Part shown: one piece after another, positions 8,974-17,855 of the stretch | How the letters are laid out: each line of letters begins with the position of its first letter | Numbering within the stretch: position 1 is the stretch's first letter | Source: a bacterium | Lineage (GTDB): Bacteria; Patescibacteriota; Minisyncoccia; Phycocordibacterales; UBA5272 | Reading direction: 5' to 3' | NCBI GenBank assembly: GCA_027482685.1 | Contig: JAIXVU010000008.1 | Coordinates: 68,652 to 132,651, forward strand | Length of the DNA: 64,000 bases | Made by a program: the position numbers and the translations under genes | The notes under the pieces: generated by a model | What the model saw: only the letters and a program-made list of their open reading frames with translations | Databases searched by the model: none | Told to the model about the DNA's origin: nothing

Positions 8974-9948
8974 CTACTTTGCATTCTTAAGTGATGCAGT
9001 AAGCACATCACCAAATAGCTTGATAGTTTCATCTTCATACAAAGATAGTGTATAAACAACTTTTGCTTTTGAGGCTTTCTTTAATTCTTTTACTTTCTTT
9101 TCTACTTCACTTGTATCTATCGTATCAGTCTTTGAAAGAACAACGATCTCATCTTTCGTAAGAAGCTTTTTATCATATGCACCGAGTTCGTTACGAATAG
9201 TCGTATACACTGCTCCAACATCATCATTCTCCGCAGATACAAGATGCACGAGCGCATGAGTGCGTGTAATATGTCGCAAGAACTTATGCCCGAGTCCCTT
9301 ACCGTCACTTGCGCCTTCAATAAGTCCTGGGATATCCGCAAGAACGTACCCGAAGTACGCACCCAAGTTAGGTTCAAGTGTTGTAAACGGATAATCTCCA
9401 ATCTTTGCTCCTGCTCGAGTAAGCGCGTTTAGAAGAGAAGACTTTCCAGCATTCGGTAATCCAATAACACCAACATCCGCGATGAGTTTAAGTTCAATAT
9501 CAAATGTTGCGAATTCTCCTTTCTCACCTTTTGTAAACTCTTCTGGTGTACGATTAGTGGAGGACTTAAAGTTCTCATTCCCTAGGCCGCCTTTTCCACC
9601 ACGCAAAATAAGGAAGTCTCCTTCTTCTGTATACTCTTTTGTAATATCATACTCACGATTATGCACCACTGATCCAATCGGTATCTGTAAGTAAAGATCC
9701 TTTGCGTCACTTCCATGCATACTACGCTTTTGCCCTGCCTCACCTTCATCTGCTGTCCAGTCTTTTTTATGTTTATACACTGCAAGTGCTTGGATATCAC
9801 GTATAACGCGAAAGTATATATCTCCTCCACGTCCACCATCTCCTCCTGCTGGTCCGCCATACGGAACACCCTTCTCGCGTCTCCAACGGACGACACCATC
9901 ACCACCTTTCCCTGCAGAGATATTGAGAGTTACGTGATCGATTAACAT
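8974..9948 (-). CDS. obg: GTPase Obg (short form, 324 aa, without the C-terminal OCT domain)
   Basis: Gly-rich Obg fold AGKGGDGVVRWRREKGVPYGGPAGGDGGRGGDIYF. G1 GLPNAGKSSLLNA. G3 DIPGLIEGA. Confidence 0.9.
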   Translation of the reverse strand: MLIDHVTLNISAGKGGDGVVRWRREKGVPYGGPAGGDGGRGGDIYFRVIRDIQALAVYKHKKDWTADEGEAGQKRSMHGSDAKDLYLQIPIGSVVHNREYDITKEYTEEGDFLILRGGKGGLGNENFKSSTNRTPEEFTKGEKGEFATFDIELKLIADVGVIGLPNAGKSSLLNALTRAGAKIGDYPFTTLEPNLGAYFGYVLADIPGLIEGASDGKGLGHKFLRHITRTHALVHLVSAENDDVGAVYTTIRNELGAYDKKLLTKDEIVVLSKTDTIDTSEVEKKVKELKKASKAKVVYTLSLYEDETIKLFGDVLTASLKNAK

Positions 9949-10044
9949 GGGCTATATAATACCACATTTCCCTTTATTTTGCAAGGTTTTTATTAACTTT
10001 CTAAAAGCTTGCGAAGTTGTAGAAAAAGATTATAATGACCGTAT

Positions 10045-10506
10045 ATGAAAACATATATTGCAACACTAGGGGTATCGATTGCTTTATTCTTTGGGTTTTT
10101 CTCAACTGCTTCCGCATACTATACAGAGTCATATCCGTATACATATAATAATTACTCTTACTATAATACTAATGCTAACTACAATAATAGTTATAATGCT
10201 AATTATGTAGTATCTCAGCCTCAGAGTTATACCTACACCAGCGGATGTTATACCTATTACTATAATGGATATACTCGCACAACGTCAGTTGTAAGTTATA
10301 ACTGCACAACTACATATAATTACCCATCATATCAATATCAGACGTACTATACACAACCAACATATAGTTACTATGTCGCACCAGCTAGTCAATATCAGAC
10401 ATATAGATACAATCGCGATATAGGTGGATGGTACCCAGGAAACTACATTTTTAACGATAATAACAATACATGTTACTGGTATGGAGGATACCAAGTTTGT
10501 AACTAA
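10045..10506 (+). CDS. secreted Tyr/Asn/Thr-rich low-complexity protein (153 aa) with a signal peptide and 4 Cys
   Basis: Signal peptide MKTYIATLGVSIALFFGFFSTASA. The mature part is very Y-rich (YTYNNYSYYNTNANYNNSYNANY...). Confidence 0.6.
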   Translation: MKTYIATLGVSIALFFGFFSTASAYYTESYPYTYNNYSYYNTNANYNNSYNANYVVSQPQSYTYTSGCYTYYYNGYTRTTSVVSYNCTTTYNYPSYQYQTYYTQPTYSYYVAPASQYQTYRYNRDIGGWYPGNYIFNDNNNTCYWYGGYQVCN

Positions 10507-10539
10507 CCAGTTAATAGTTAATAGTTGAAACCCAGATAC

Positions 10540-10575
10540 AAATGTATAACAAAAGAGCGACGCTGACAGGCGTCG
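10540..10575. terminator. bidirectional terminator (AGAGCGACGC-tgacag-GCGTCGCTCT). The same 26-nt palindrome recurs at 28178-28203.
   Basis: A perfect 10-bp stem with A/T runs on both sides. It sits between convergent genes 10045-10506 (+) and rpoD (-). Confidence 0.7.
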
Positions 10576-10607
10576 CTCTTTTCTATCATTACAATTTTGT
10601 TAGTTTC

Positions 10608-12014
10608 TTAATAATTTCTTAATCGTTCTGCTTTATCGTGACTTCGTATTTTTTCATGTACTTTTGCCTCAATCTGTCTGATACGCTCGCGTGTAACACC
10701 GAACTCCGCACCTACCTCTTCTAGTGTATGCATCACACCATCAAACTCACCTAATCCATTACGCATTTCTACTATCTTGCGTTCCTTCGGTGAAAGATCA
10801 TCTAGTATCTCGTTAATCTGATCTGCAAGTATTCGATGTGACGCTTCGGCGTCTGGTGAGAGTATCTTATCATCTGCGATAAATTCACCAAGTGTTGACT
10901 TGTCATCATCATCACCGATTGGCTTCTCAAGAGAAACAGTATCTTGGTTGATATTTTCTATAACGTGTATCTTCTCTACATCCACTCCCATCTCCATCGC
11001 AATTTCTTCTGCAAGCGGGTCGCGTCCAAGGTCCTGTGAGAGACGACGAACGACTTGCTTGTACTTAGCAATAGTTTCTACCATGTGCACAGGGATACGG
11101 ATAGTACGTGACTGATCAGCGAGTGCTCGTGTGATAGCTTGTCTAATCCACCATGTCGCATAGGTTGAGAACTTGAACCCCTTGTTCCAGTCGAACTTTT
11201 CTACTGCCTTAAATAGGCCGAGATTACCCTCTTGAATAAGATCAAGTAGTGTTAAGTCAGAACTACGTCCAACATATTTCTTTGCAATGGAAACAACAAG
11301 ACGAAGGTTAGCCTTTGCAAGTAATGCTGTTGCCTCTGGATCACCTTTTTCGATACGGACAGCAAGCTCACGCTCGTTATCCCCTGAGATGAGTGGGTAC
11401 TGACCAATCTCACGAAGGTACATCTGGATACTATCATGAGTACTATCACTGCCAGCAAGTTTGGTAAGGTCATCATCCATATCCAGAAGGTTACCTCCTT
11501 CTAGAATATCTATACCTGCACTTGATATCTTTTCATATAATTCTTCTAGATATAAAATATCCGTCTCGATTGTTGGAAAATAACGAATAATCTCATCATA
11601 TGTGATGAAACCACGCTCCTTACCTTTTGCAAGGAGTTCTTCTTCGTTCTGATCTCTTGTAAGAACTTTCTTAGTCTTTACTTCGGCTTTTGGCTTACTT
11701 GGGCCAGTCTTTATGGTAAATGCCTTTGGCTTGTACTTAGGCTTTACTTCAACCTTTGGAGAAACTTTCTTGACTGGTTGTTTCTTGGTTACAGCTTTCT
11801 TGGTTGTAACTGTTTTAGATTTTGATATGACTTTCGTTGTCTTCTTTGAGGATACCTTTGTCACAGCTTGTGACTTCTTGGTGAGAGGGGTAGAGGTTGA
11901 CTTTGTTTTTTTGACTACCTTTACCGCCTTCTTAGCTTTTGCTTTTGTTGCTACGCTTTTCGCTGTAGTTTTTTTCTGTACACTCTTTGATTTTGAAGAA
12001 ACTTTTTTCGCCAT
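10608..12014 (-). CDS. rpoD: RNA polymerase sigma-70 factor with a ~110-aa Lys/Ala-rich histone-H1-like N-terminal extension
   Basis: Region 2 [18 protein letters not shown]...[16 protein letters not shown]. Region 4 [21 protein letters not shown]-terminus [29 protein letters not shown]. Confidence 0.92.
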   Translation of the reverse strand: MAKKVSSKSKSVQKKTTAKSVATKAKAKKAVKVVKKTKSTSTPLTKKSQAVTKVSSKKTTKVISKSKTVTTKKAVTKKQPVKKVSPKVEVKPKYKPKAFTIKTGPSKPKAEVKTKKVLTRDQNEEELLAKGKERGFITYDEIIRYFPTIETDILYLEELYEKISSAGIDILEGGNLLDMDDDLTKLAGSDSTHDSIQMYLREIGQYPLISGDNERELAVRIEKGDPEATALLAKANLRLVVSIAKKYVGRSSDLTLLDLIQEGNLGLFKAVEKFDWNKGFKFSTYATWWIRQAITRALADQSRTIRIPVHMVETIAKYKQVVRRLSQDLGRDPLAEEIAMEMGVDVEKIHVIENINQDTVSLEKPIGDDDDKSTLGEFIADDKILSPDAEASHRILADQINEILDDLSPKERKIVEMRNGLGEFDGVMHTLEEVGAEFGVTRERIRQIEAKVHEKIRSHDKAERLRNY

Positions 12015-12056
12015 AGGACGTGTACACGGGATTATACTACAAAGAACCCTAAAAGT

Positions 12057-13694
12057 CTAGGCCTGTTGTCCACTTTTTATGTGAGCATCTAATTCTTTCA
12101 AAATTGATTCATGGTTTGCAGAGGGGTCACGTAGAGATTGCTTGAGCTCTTCTGTTTTTTCTTTATGTACTTCACGTTTACATGTTGCAAGGAGATCGTC
12201 AAAATATTTTGCCTTATCACCTACAACCTTTTCCTCAAGACTAAACATTTCTTCTTGAATAATAGCTTCTGGGAACTGATGTATATCTATGCCAAGCTGT
12301 ATAAGTCTCTCATCGTTAAGAGCGTCAATAAGTGTCGCAAGAGCTACTATCTCACGGGCTAGCCGTTCTTTCTTTGGGACATATACAGTAGTTGCTTGTT
12401 CTTCTTCTCTTGCTACCGTTTGACCACGAAGTAACTCTTCTGTAAGAATAGTCTCAGGAATAGAAGCGCGCGATGCGATGACTTTTATGAAATGAGCTTT
12501 ATCTATTGGAGACTGAAGAGCACGAACAAATGGGAGTACGTCGGATACAATCTTCTGTCCTTGGATGCGTGTGTCAGCCTCTGTCTCTATTATTTTTGCA
12601 AGCATCAGCTCTATTACATGACGCTTGTTCTTTACAGCATCTATCCATGCATTCGGATTTTCTTTAATTAAATCTGCTGGGTCCTTCGTTCCGATGTCAC
12701 CGACGACATAGACATCAAGCCCACCAAGGAGGCACAGTAACGCAGTCTTCTTAAGAGCGTTTTGTCCTGCTGTATCTGTATCAAATGAAAGTATAACCGT
12801 ATCGCAAAAACGTTTAATAATATGTATGTGTTCATCAGTAAACGCCGTACCTGAAACTGCAACAGTATTATGAACACCTGCTTGATAGCTCATACAGAGA
12901 TCCATCTGCCCTTCTACCACAATAACTGCCTTGCTCTGTGACATTTCTTTCTTTGCAGTATCATAACCAAATAATATCTTGGACTTATGGTAAAGCGCAG
13001 TCTCTGGTGTGTTAACATACTTCCCTTGCGCAACCGTCGGGTCAACGAATTGTGGCATGATACGACCTGAATATCCAACTGTTGCGCCGGATACATTTCG
13101 TATCGGGAACATGATACGCCCGCGAAATCTATCATACCAACCTTTAACCTTTCCTTGTGCATCAAGTGCTTGTATCATCACGCCGGACAATTCCATCTCC
13201 TCTGGGGTATACCCCTTCCCTGCCAGATATGTGAATAGATCTCGCCATTCATTACGAGCATATCCTATGTGGAATGTCTTAATAGTTTCTTCTGTTAGTC
13301 CACGATCAATCAGATACTGTTTCGCTTCTGGGCTTTTGACGAGATTATTTTCAAAATGCTCTGTTGCGTCTTTTAGAAGTGTGATGAGTCTCGTGTCTTC
13401 TTTATTCTTCTGTGAGTCTATAAGCGAGACCCCTGCACGATCTGCTAGTATCTTGAGTGCTTCATAGAACGGAATGTTTTCAATTTTCTCCACGAAAGAA
13501 AAGATGTCACCGGACGCTTGGCATCCGAAACAATGAAAACTCTTTCGTTCAGGTGAAACATAAAATGATGGCGTACGTTCGTTATGGAATGGACACCTCG
13601 CACGAAATTGCGCTCCTGACTTCTCAAGCCTGATATACGTAGATACAACATCAACAATAGAGAGATTTTCCTTCACCTGGTCCTTGGGGTTCAT
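12057..13694 (-). CDS. dnaG: DNA primase
   Basis: Zinc-binding CPFHNERTPSFYV...FHCFGCQASGD. TOPRIM VIVVEGQMD. Classic dnaG-rpoD adjacency. Confidence 0.9.
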   Translation of the reverse strand: MNPKDQVKENLSIVDVVSTYIRLEKSGAQFRARCPFHNERTPSFYVSPERKSFHCFGCQASGDIFSFVEKIENIPFYEALKILADRAGVSLIDSQKNKEDTRLITLLKDATEHFENNLVKSPEAKQYLIDRGLTEETIKTFHIGYARNEWRDLFTYLAGKGYTPEEMELSGVMIQALDAQGKVKGWYDRFRGRIMFPIRNVSGATVGYSGRIMPQFVDPTVAQGKYVNTPETALYHKSKILFGYDTAKKEMSQSKAVIVVEGQMDLCMSYQAGVHNTVAVSGTAFTDEHIHIIKRFCDTVILSFDTDTAGQNALKKTALLCLLGGLDVYVVGDIGTKDPADLIKENPNAWIDAVKNKRHVIELMLAKIIETEADTRIQGQKIVSDVLPFVRALQSPIDKAHFIKVIASRASIPETILTEELLRGQTVAREEEQATTVYVPKKERLAREIVALATLIDALNDERLIQLGIDIHQFPEAIIQEEMFSLEEKVVGDKAKYFDDLLATCKREVHKEKTEELKQSLRDPSANHESILKELDAHIKSGQQA

Positions 13695-13805
13695 GTAGAC
13701 AGTGTATAGTTTATGGTCAATAGTTGCTAGTTGACAAAATTTCTATTCTAAAGCAAAAAGCCAACCTTGCAAGTCGGCTTTTCAAAGTAATGCGACATGT
13801 ACACA

Positions 13806-14003
13806 TTACTCGTGCTTCTTATATACACGGCATGCATAGCCTTTGTATTTCTTTTTTGCATCTGGTGACGCAATCTTTCGTTCACCAGCTGTCACGCACG
13901 CAGCATGAGACTTGAGCCCTGCCACGGTCTCGTAATGAAGCGTCACCATCGGGCCAGACTCAGCATGGAGACTATAGAGCAGTACCAAAACAATTACTTG
14001 CAT
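13806..14003 (-). CDS. small hypothetical protein (65 aa) with a basic C-terminus
   Basis: GGAG 7 nt upstream of the ATG. Sits between the rpoC terminator and the dnaG upstream region. No recognisable family. Confidence 0.25.
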   Translation of the reverse strand: MQVIVLVLLYSLHAESGPMVTLHYETVAGLKSHAACVTAGERKIASPDAKKKYKGYACRVYKKHE

Positions 14004-14066
14004 AAAGAACTCCAGTTAGTTGGCCAAGACACATCTATAGAATATTCCTTGTTTTTTAAAAATGCA

Positions 14067-14098
14067 AAAGTGGCGCCTACGGCGCCACTTTTGTTTTC
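14067..14098. terminator. GC-palindrome terminator (AAAGTGGCGCC-tac-GGCGCCACTTT), probably ending rpoBC
   Basis: A perfect stem. TTTTGCATTTTT on the minus side. Its core GGCGCCTACGGCGCC is identical to the hairpin at 57296-57324. Confidence 0.7.
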
Positions 14099-14118
14099 TA
14101 TTTGTATTTCAGTAAACG

Positions 14119-14243
14119 TCAGCCGGTTTCAAAATTGTTTTAGATGCGAGGAGCTTAAAAATTTTTGCACGAGACGTACTAGGTTGTACGTTGAGTGCAA
14201 AAATTTCGTAGCGACAAAGCAGATGAAATAATTTTGAAAGCGG
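14119..14243 (-). ncRNA. conserved structured 3'-trailer element, copy 1, immediately after the rpoC stop; its paralog is at 28225-28357
   Basis: About 125 nt alignable to the second copy. Nested inverted repeats AAATTTTTGCAC/GTGCAAAAATTT and ACGTAC/GTACGT. A compensatory change in the outer stem between copies. Confidence 0.45.
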
Positions 14244-17200
14244 TTATGCTTTCTTGTTACGAAGACCTGTACCAGCTGGAATAAGGCGTCCAATAATAAC
14301 ATTCTCCTTCAGCCCTCGTAGCTGATCAACCTGTCCACGAGTTGATGCTGTGATGAGCACTCTGGTCGTGTTCTGGAATGATGCACTTGATAGCCATGAG
14401 TCAGTTGATAGAGCAACATCGGTGATACCAAGTACAAGATGTCTACCTTTTGCTTCTGTTTGACCAAGAGCTTTTACACGAGAGTTTTCAGCGCGGAAGG
14501 TTGACACTTCAACAACATCTGACTGAGTAAAACGTGTATCTCCTGGATTAGTTATCTTCACACGTCCAAACATTTGCTTGATGATAACTTCGACGTGCTT
14601 ACGAGAGATAGACGCACCTTGAAGTTCGTAGACTTTGTTGATTTCAGCTACAATGTACTCTTCTGCAACTTCCTTACCAGCAAAGTTGAAGAGCTCATCA
14701 ATATCTGCTGATCCATCTGTTAACATCTGACCCTTCTTAACCTTATCTCCAATCTTTACGATTGATTGACGACGGAATGGTACCGTGTACTCAACTTGCT
14801 TACCACTCTTATTACCCTTTGATCCATCATCATCTGCTAGTAGTACAATAACTTTTTCTTTCCCTTCATCACGCATACCGATTATCTCTCCACTTTCGTG
14901 AGCAATAATTGCTGGGTTCTTAGGCATACGACGCTCGAAGATTTCTTCGACACGAGGAAGACCTTGTGTAATGTCTGCTCCTGCAACACCTCCTGAGTGG
15001 AAGGTACGCATCGTAAGCTGTGTTCCTGGTTCTCCGATTGCTTGCGCTGCAACGATACCGACTGCCTCACCTAGATCTACCTTCTTGTTACGCCCCATAT
15101 CAAGACCATAACACTTCTGACAGATTCCATGTAGTGACTGACACATAAGTGGAGAAAATACATTAACCTCGACAATACCCGCTCCTTCTATTGCAAGCGC
15201 ATCGTCTTTACTGAGAAGGTGATTCTTCTTAAAGAGCACTTCGCCATTAACATTGATATCATCAGCGATAACACGTCCACGAATATTCTTAGAGATTGGC
15301 ACCTCAATACCGAGAGCATTCTCTTTACGAATAAGCTTGCTTTCTTTTGTTCCACAATCAATTTCAGTAATGATTGCATCTTGTGCCACATCCACGAGAC
15401 GTCGTGTAAGATATCCTGCTTGCGCTGTCTTAAGCGCGGTATCTGAGTTACCCTTACGAGCACCATAAGTAGTGATGAAGTACTCAAGTGGAGTTAGTCC
15501 TTCCTTGTATGATGAGATAACTGGGAAGTCCAAGTTACGTCCTGAGTTGTTAACGATAATACCCTTCATACCAGCCATCTGAATAATCTGTGCCATTGTT
15601 CCACGGGCACCGGATGTGATGAGGTCATACACTGAACCATGTTTAGCTATTGTTGCAGGAAGAGCCTTCTCGATACGTGCACGCACTCCTTGCCATACTT
15701 CAATAACTTTTTCATAACGTTCTTCTTGTGAAAGAAGACCCTCTTCATAATCACTTTCAATACGCGCAGCTTTTGACCAACCTTCAGCAACAAGTTCTTT
15801 CTTCTCTTTAGGAATGGTTACAGCGTCGATATTCCATGTTGTACCTGATACTGTCGCATACTTATACCCGAAGGCTTTTATCTTATCTATAACAGAAGGC
15901 GCAGTCTCAAGACCGTAAGTCAAGATAACTTCATCAATAATCGCTGTCATCTTTTTGATTGTTACTTCTTCATTAATATATGGGAAGTCACTTGGGAAGA
16001 CAGAGTTGAAAAGTAGCCGTCCAACGGTTGTCTCGAAACGCTCACCATTAAACTTCGCATACTTCTCCTTATCAGTTGGCATGACAGAAATCTTGGCACG
16101 GAAAGAAACAACACCGAAGTCATACGCTGTGATAGCTTCATTAGGTGCTTCAAAATATTTTCCTTCACCTTTCTCTCCATCAATCTGCTTAGTCATCCAG
16201 TACGCACCGAGCACCATATCCATACGAGGGTTAACAATAGAATCTCCTGATCCAGGCTTAAGGAGGTTACGGTTAGCTGCCATTAGTGTACGAGCTTCCT
16301 CTTGTGCTGCAACTGAAAGTGGTAAGTGTACTGCCATCTGGTCACCATCGAAGTCCGCGTTAAACGCCTGACATACAAGCGGATGAAGCTGGATAGCGTT
16401 ACCTTCGATAAGCTTCGGATTAAATGCTTGGATACCAAGGCGGTGGAGTGTAGGAGCACGGTTAAGAAGTACATATTTTCCGTCAATACATTCTTCAAGA
16501 ATTGCCCACACTTCAGGTATTCCGTCTTCAATCAATTTGTTGGCACCACGAATGTTAAACGCCAGCTCTCTTTCAAGAAGCTTAGAAATAACAAACGGCT
16601 TGAAGAGCTCAAGTGCCATATGCTTAGGTAGACCACACTCATTAAGTGAGAGCGATGGACCAACCACAATAACAGAACGTGCTGAATAATCTACACGCTT
16701 ACCGAGTAGGTTACCACGGAGAAGCCCTTGCTTACCTTTCAAGTTATCAGAGAGTGACTTGAGTTGACGCTTCTGTGATTGACTCATAACAGCATCTTGC
16801 CCATGACGTGCTGAGTTATCAATAAGCGCATCAACTGCTTCTTGCAAGATACGCTTCTCGTTACGGAGAATAACATCAGGCGCACCAATTTCCATCAACT
16901 TCTTAAGACGATTGTTACGATTAATCACTCGACGATAAAGATCGTTCACATCTGATGCTGCATAGCGTCCACCTTCAAGAGCAACCATAGGGCGAATACC
17001 TGGAGGAATAACTGGAATAACAGTCATAAACATCCACTCAGGACGAATACCTGCATTTTGGAAAGCACGCACAAGTGAGAGTCTCTTCTCAGCCTTCTCA
17101 CGCTCAAGAGCTCCAGCTTTCTCAAGTTGAACAACTATCTTTCCTTCAAGATCTTTAAGATCAATTGTCTTGAATATCTCATAGATAGCCTCTGCTCCGA

Positions 17201-17837
17201 TACCTGCTTCGAAACATGTCCCATACTTCATTGCAAAGCGGTGATAGGTAAGCTCATCGAAAATCTTCCATGGTTTGATCTCTTCTATCTCTTTCTTTGT
17301 TGCAGTGAGGAGTTCGCGGAGCTTATCCTGAGTTTTTTCATCACTTGCTGACTTTACCTTTGCCTTAAACTCACTGTCTAGATTAGCAAGTATCTCTTCC
17401 TTGGCAGCTTGGTTAACTGACTTGATAACATATCCAGCAAAGTAAATAACTTTCTCAACATCTCCAACTGGCTGAGCGAGGATAAGAGCGATACGTGATG
17501 GTACGGTACGAAGGAACCAAATATGAGCAACAGGAGACGCAAGTTCAATATGCCCCATACGTTCACGACGAACGATAGATTTTGTTACTTCTACACCACA
17601 CTTCTCACAGATGATACCCTTGTAACGAATACGCTTGTACTTTCCACAGTAACATTCGAAATCCTTTTCTGGACCGAATATTCTTTCATCAAAAAGACCG
17701 TAACGCTCGGAACGTCCTGTACGGTAGTTGATAGTCTCTGGCTTTGTAACTTCACCGTATGACCAAGAACGAACTGCTTCTGGAGATGCAATTTTAATCG
17801 CGAGGCTATCAAAATTATTTGTATCGATTGTTTTCAT
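14244..17837 (-). CDS. rpoC: DNA-directed RNA polymerase subunit beta'
   Basis: 1197 aa. Catalytic NADFDGDQMAVH. Zinc-binding CYCGKYKRIRYKGIICEKCGVEV. Confidence 0.97.
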   Translation of the reverse strand: MKTIDTNNFDSLAIKIASPEAVRSWSYGEVTKPETINYRTGRSERYGLFDERIFGPEKDFECYCGKYKRIRYKGIICEKCGVEVTKSIVRRERMGHIELASPVAHIWFLRTVPSRIALILAQPVGDVEKVIYFAGYVIKSVNQAAKEEILANLDSEFKAKVKSASDEKTQDKLRELLTATKKEIEEIKPWKIFDELTYHRFAMKYGTCFEAGIGAEAIYEIFKTIDLKDLEGKIVVQLEKAGALEREKAEKRLSLVRAFQNAGIRPEWMFMTVIPVIPPGIRPMVALEGGRYAASDVNDLYRRVINRNNRLKKLMEIGAPDVILRNEKRILQEAVDALIDNSARHGQDAVMSQSQKRQLKSLSDNLKGKQGLLRGNLLGKRVDYSARSVIVVGPSLSLNECGLPKHMALELFKPFVISKLLERELAFNIRGANKLIEDGIPEVWAILEECIDGKYVLLNRAPTLHRLGIQAFNPKLIEGNAIQLHPLVCQAFNADFDGDQMAVHLPLSVAAQEEARTLMAANRNLLKPGSGDSIVNPRMDMVLGAYWMTKQIDGEKGEGKYFEAPNEAITAYDFGVVSFRAKISVMPTDKEKYAKFNGERFETTVGRLLFNSVFPSDFPYINEEVTIKKMTAIIDEVILTYGLETAPSVIDKIKAFGYKYATVSGTTWNIDAVTIPKEKKELVAEGWSKAARIESDYEEGLLSQEERYEKVIEVWQGVRARIEKALPATIAKHGSVYDLITSGARGTMAQIIQMAGMKGIIVNNSGRNLDFPVISSYKEGLTPLEYFITTYGARKGNSDTALKTAQAGYLTRRLVDVAQDAIITEIDCGTKESKLIRKENALGIEVPISKNIRGRVIADDINVNGEVLFKKNHLLSKDDALAIEGAGIVEVNVFSPLMCQSLHGICQKCYGLDMGRNKKVDLGEAVGIVAAQAIGEPGTQLTMRTFHSGGVAGADITQGLPRVEEIFERRMPKNPAIIAHESGEIIGMRDEGKEKVIVLLADDDGSKGNKSGKQVEYTVPFRRQSIVKIGDKVKKGQMLTDGSADIDELFNFAGKEVAEEYIVAEINKVYELQGASISRKHVEVIIKQMFGRVKITNPGDTRFTQSDVVEVSTFRAENSRVKALGQTEAKGRHLVLGITDVALSTDSWLSSASFQNTTRVLITASTRGQVDQLRGLKENVIIGRLIPAGTGLRNKKA

Positions 17838-17855
17838 AGTAGTTTGGTTACGAAA

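Noticed and set aside
13724-14231. Plus-strand ORFs 13724-13915 and 13905-14231 between dnaG and rpoC
   Set aside because: They overlap the conserved 3' element and terminators. They have no RBS and are likely non-coding.
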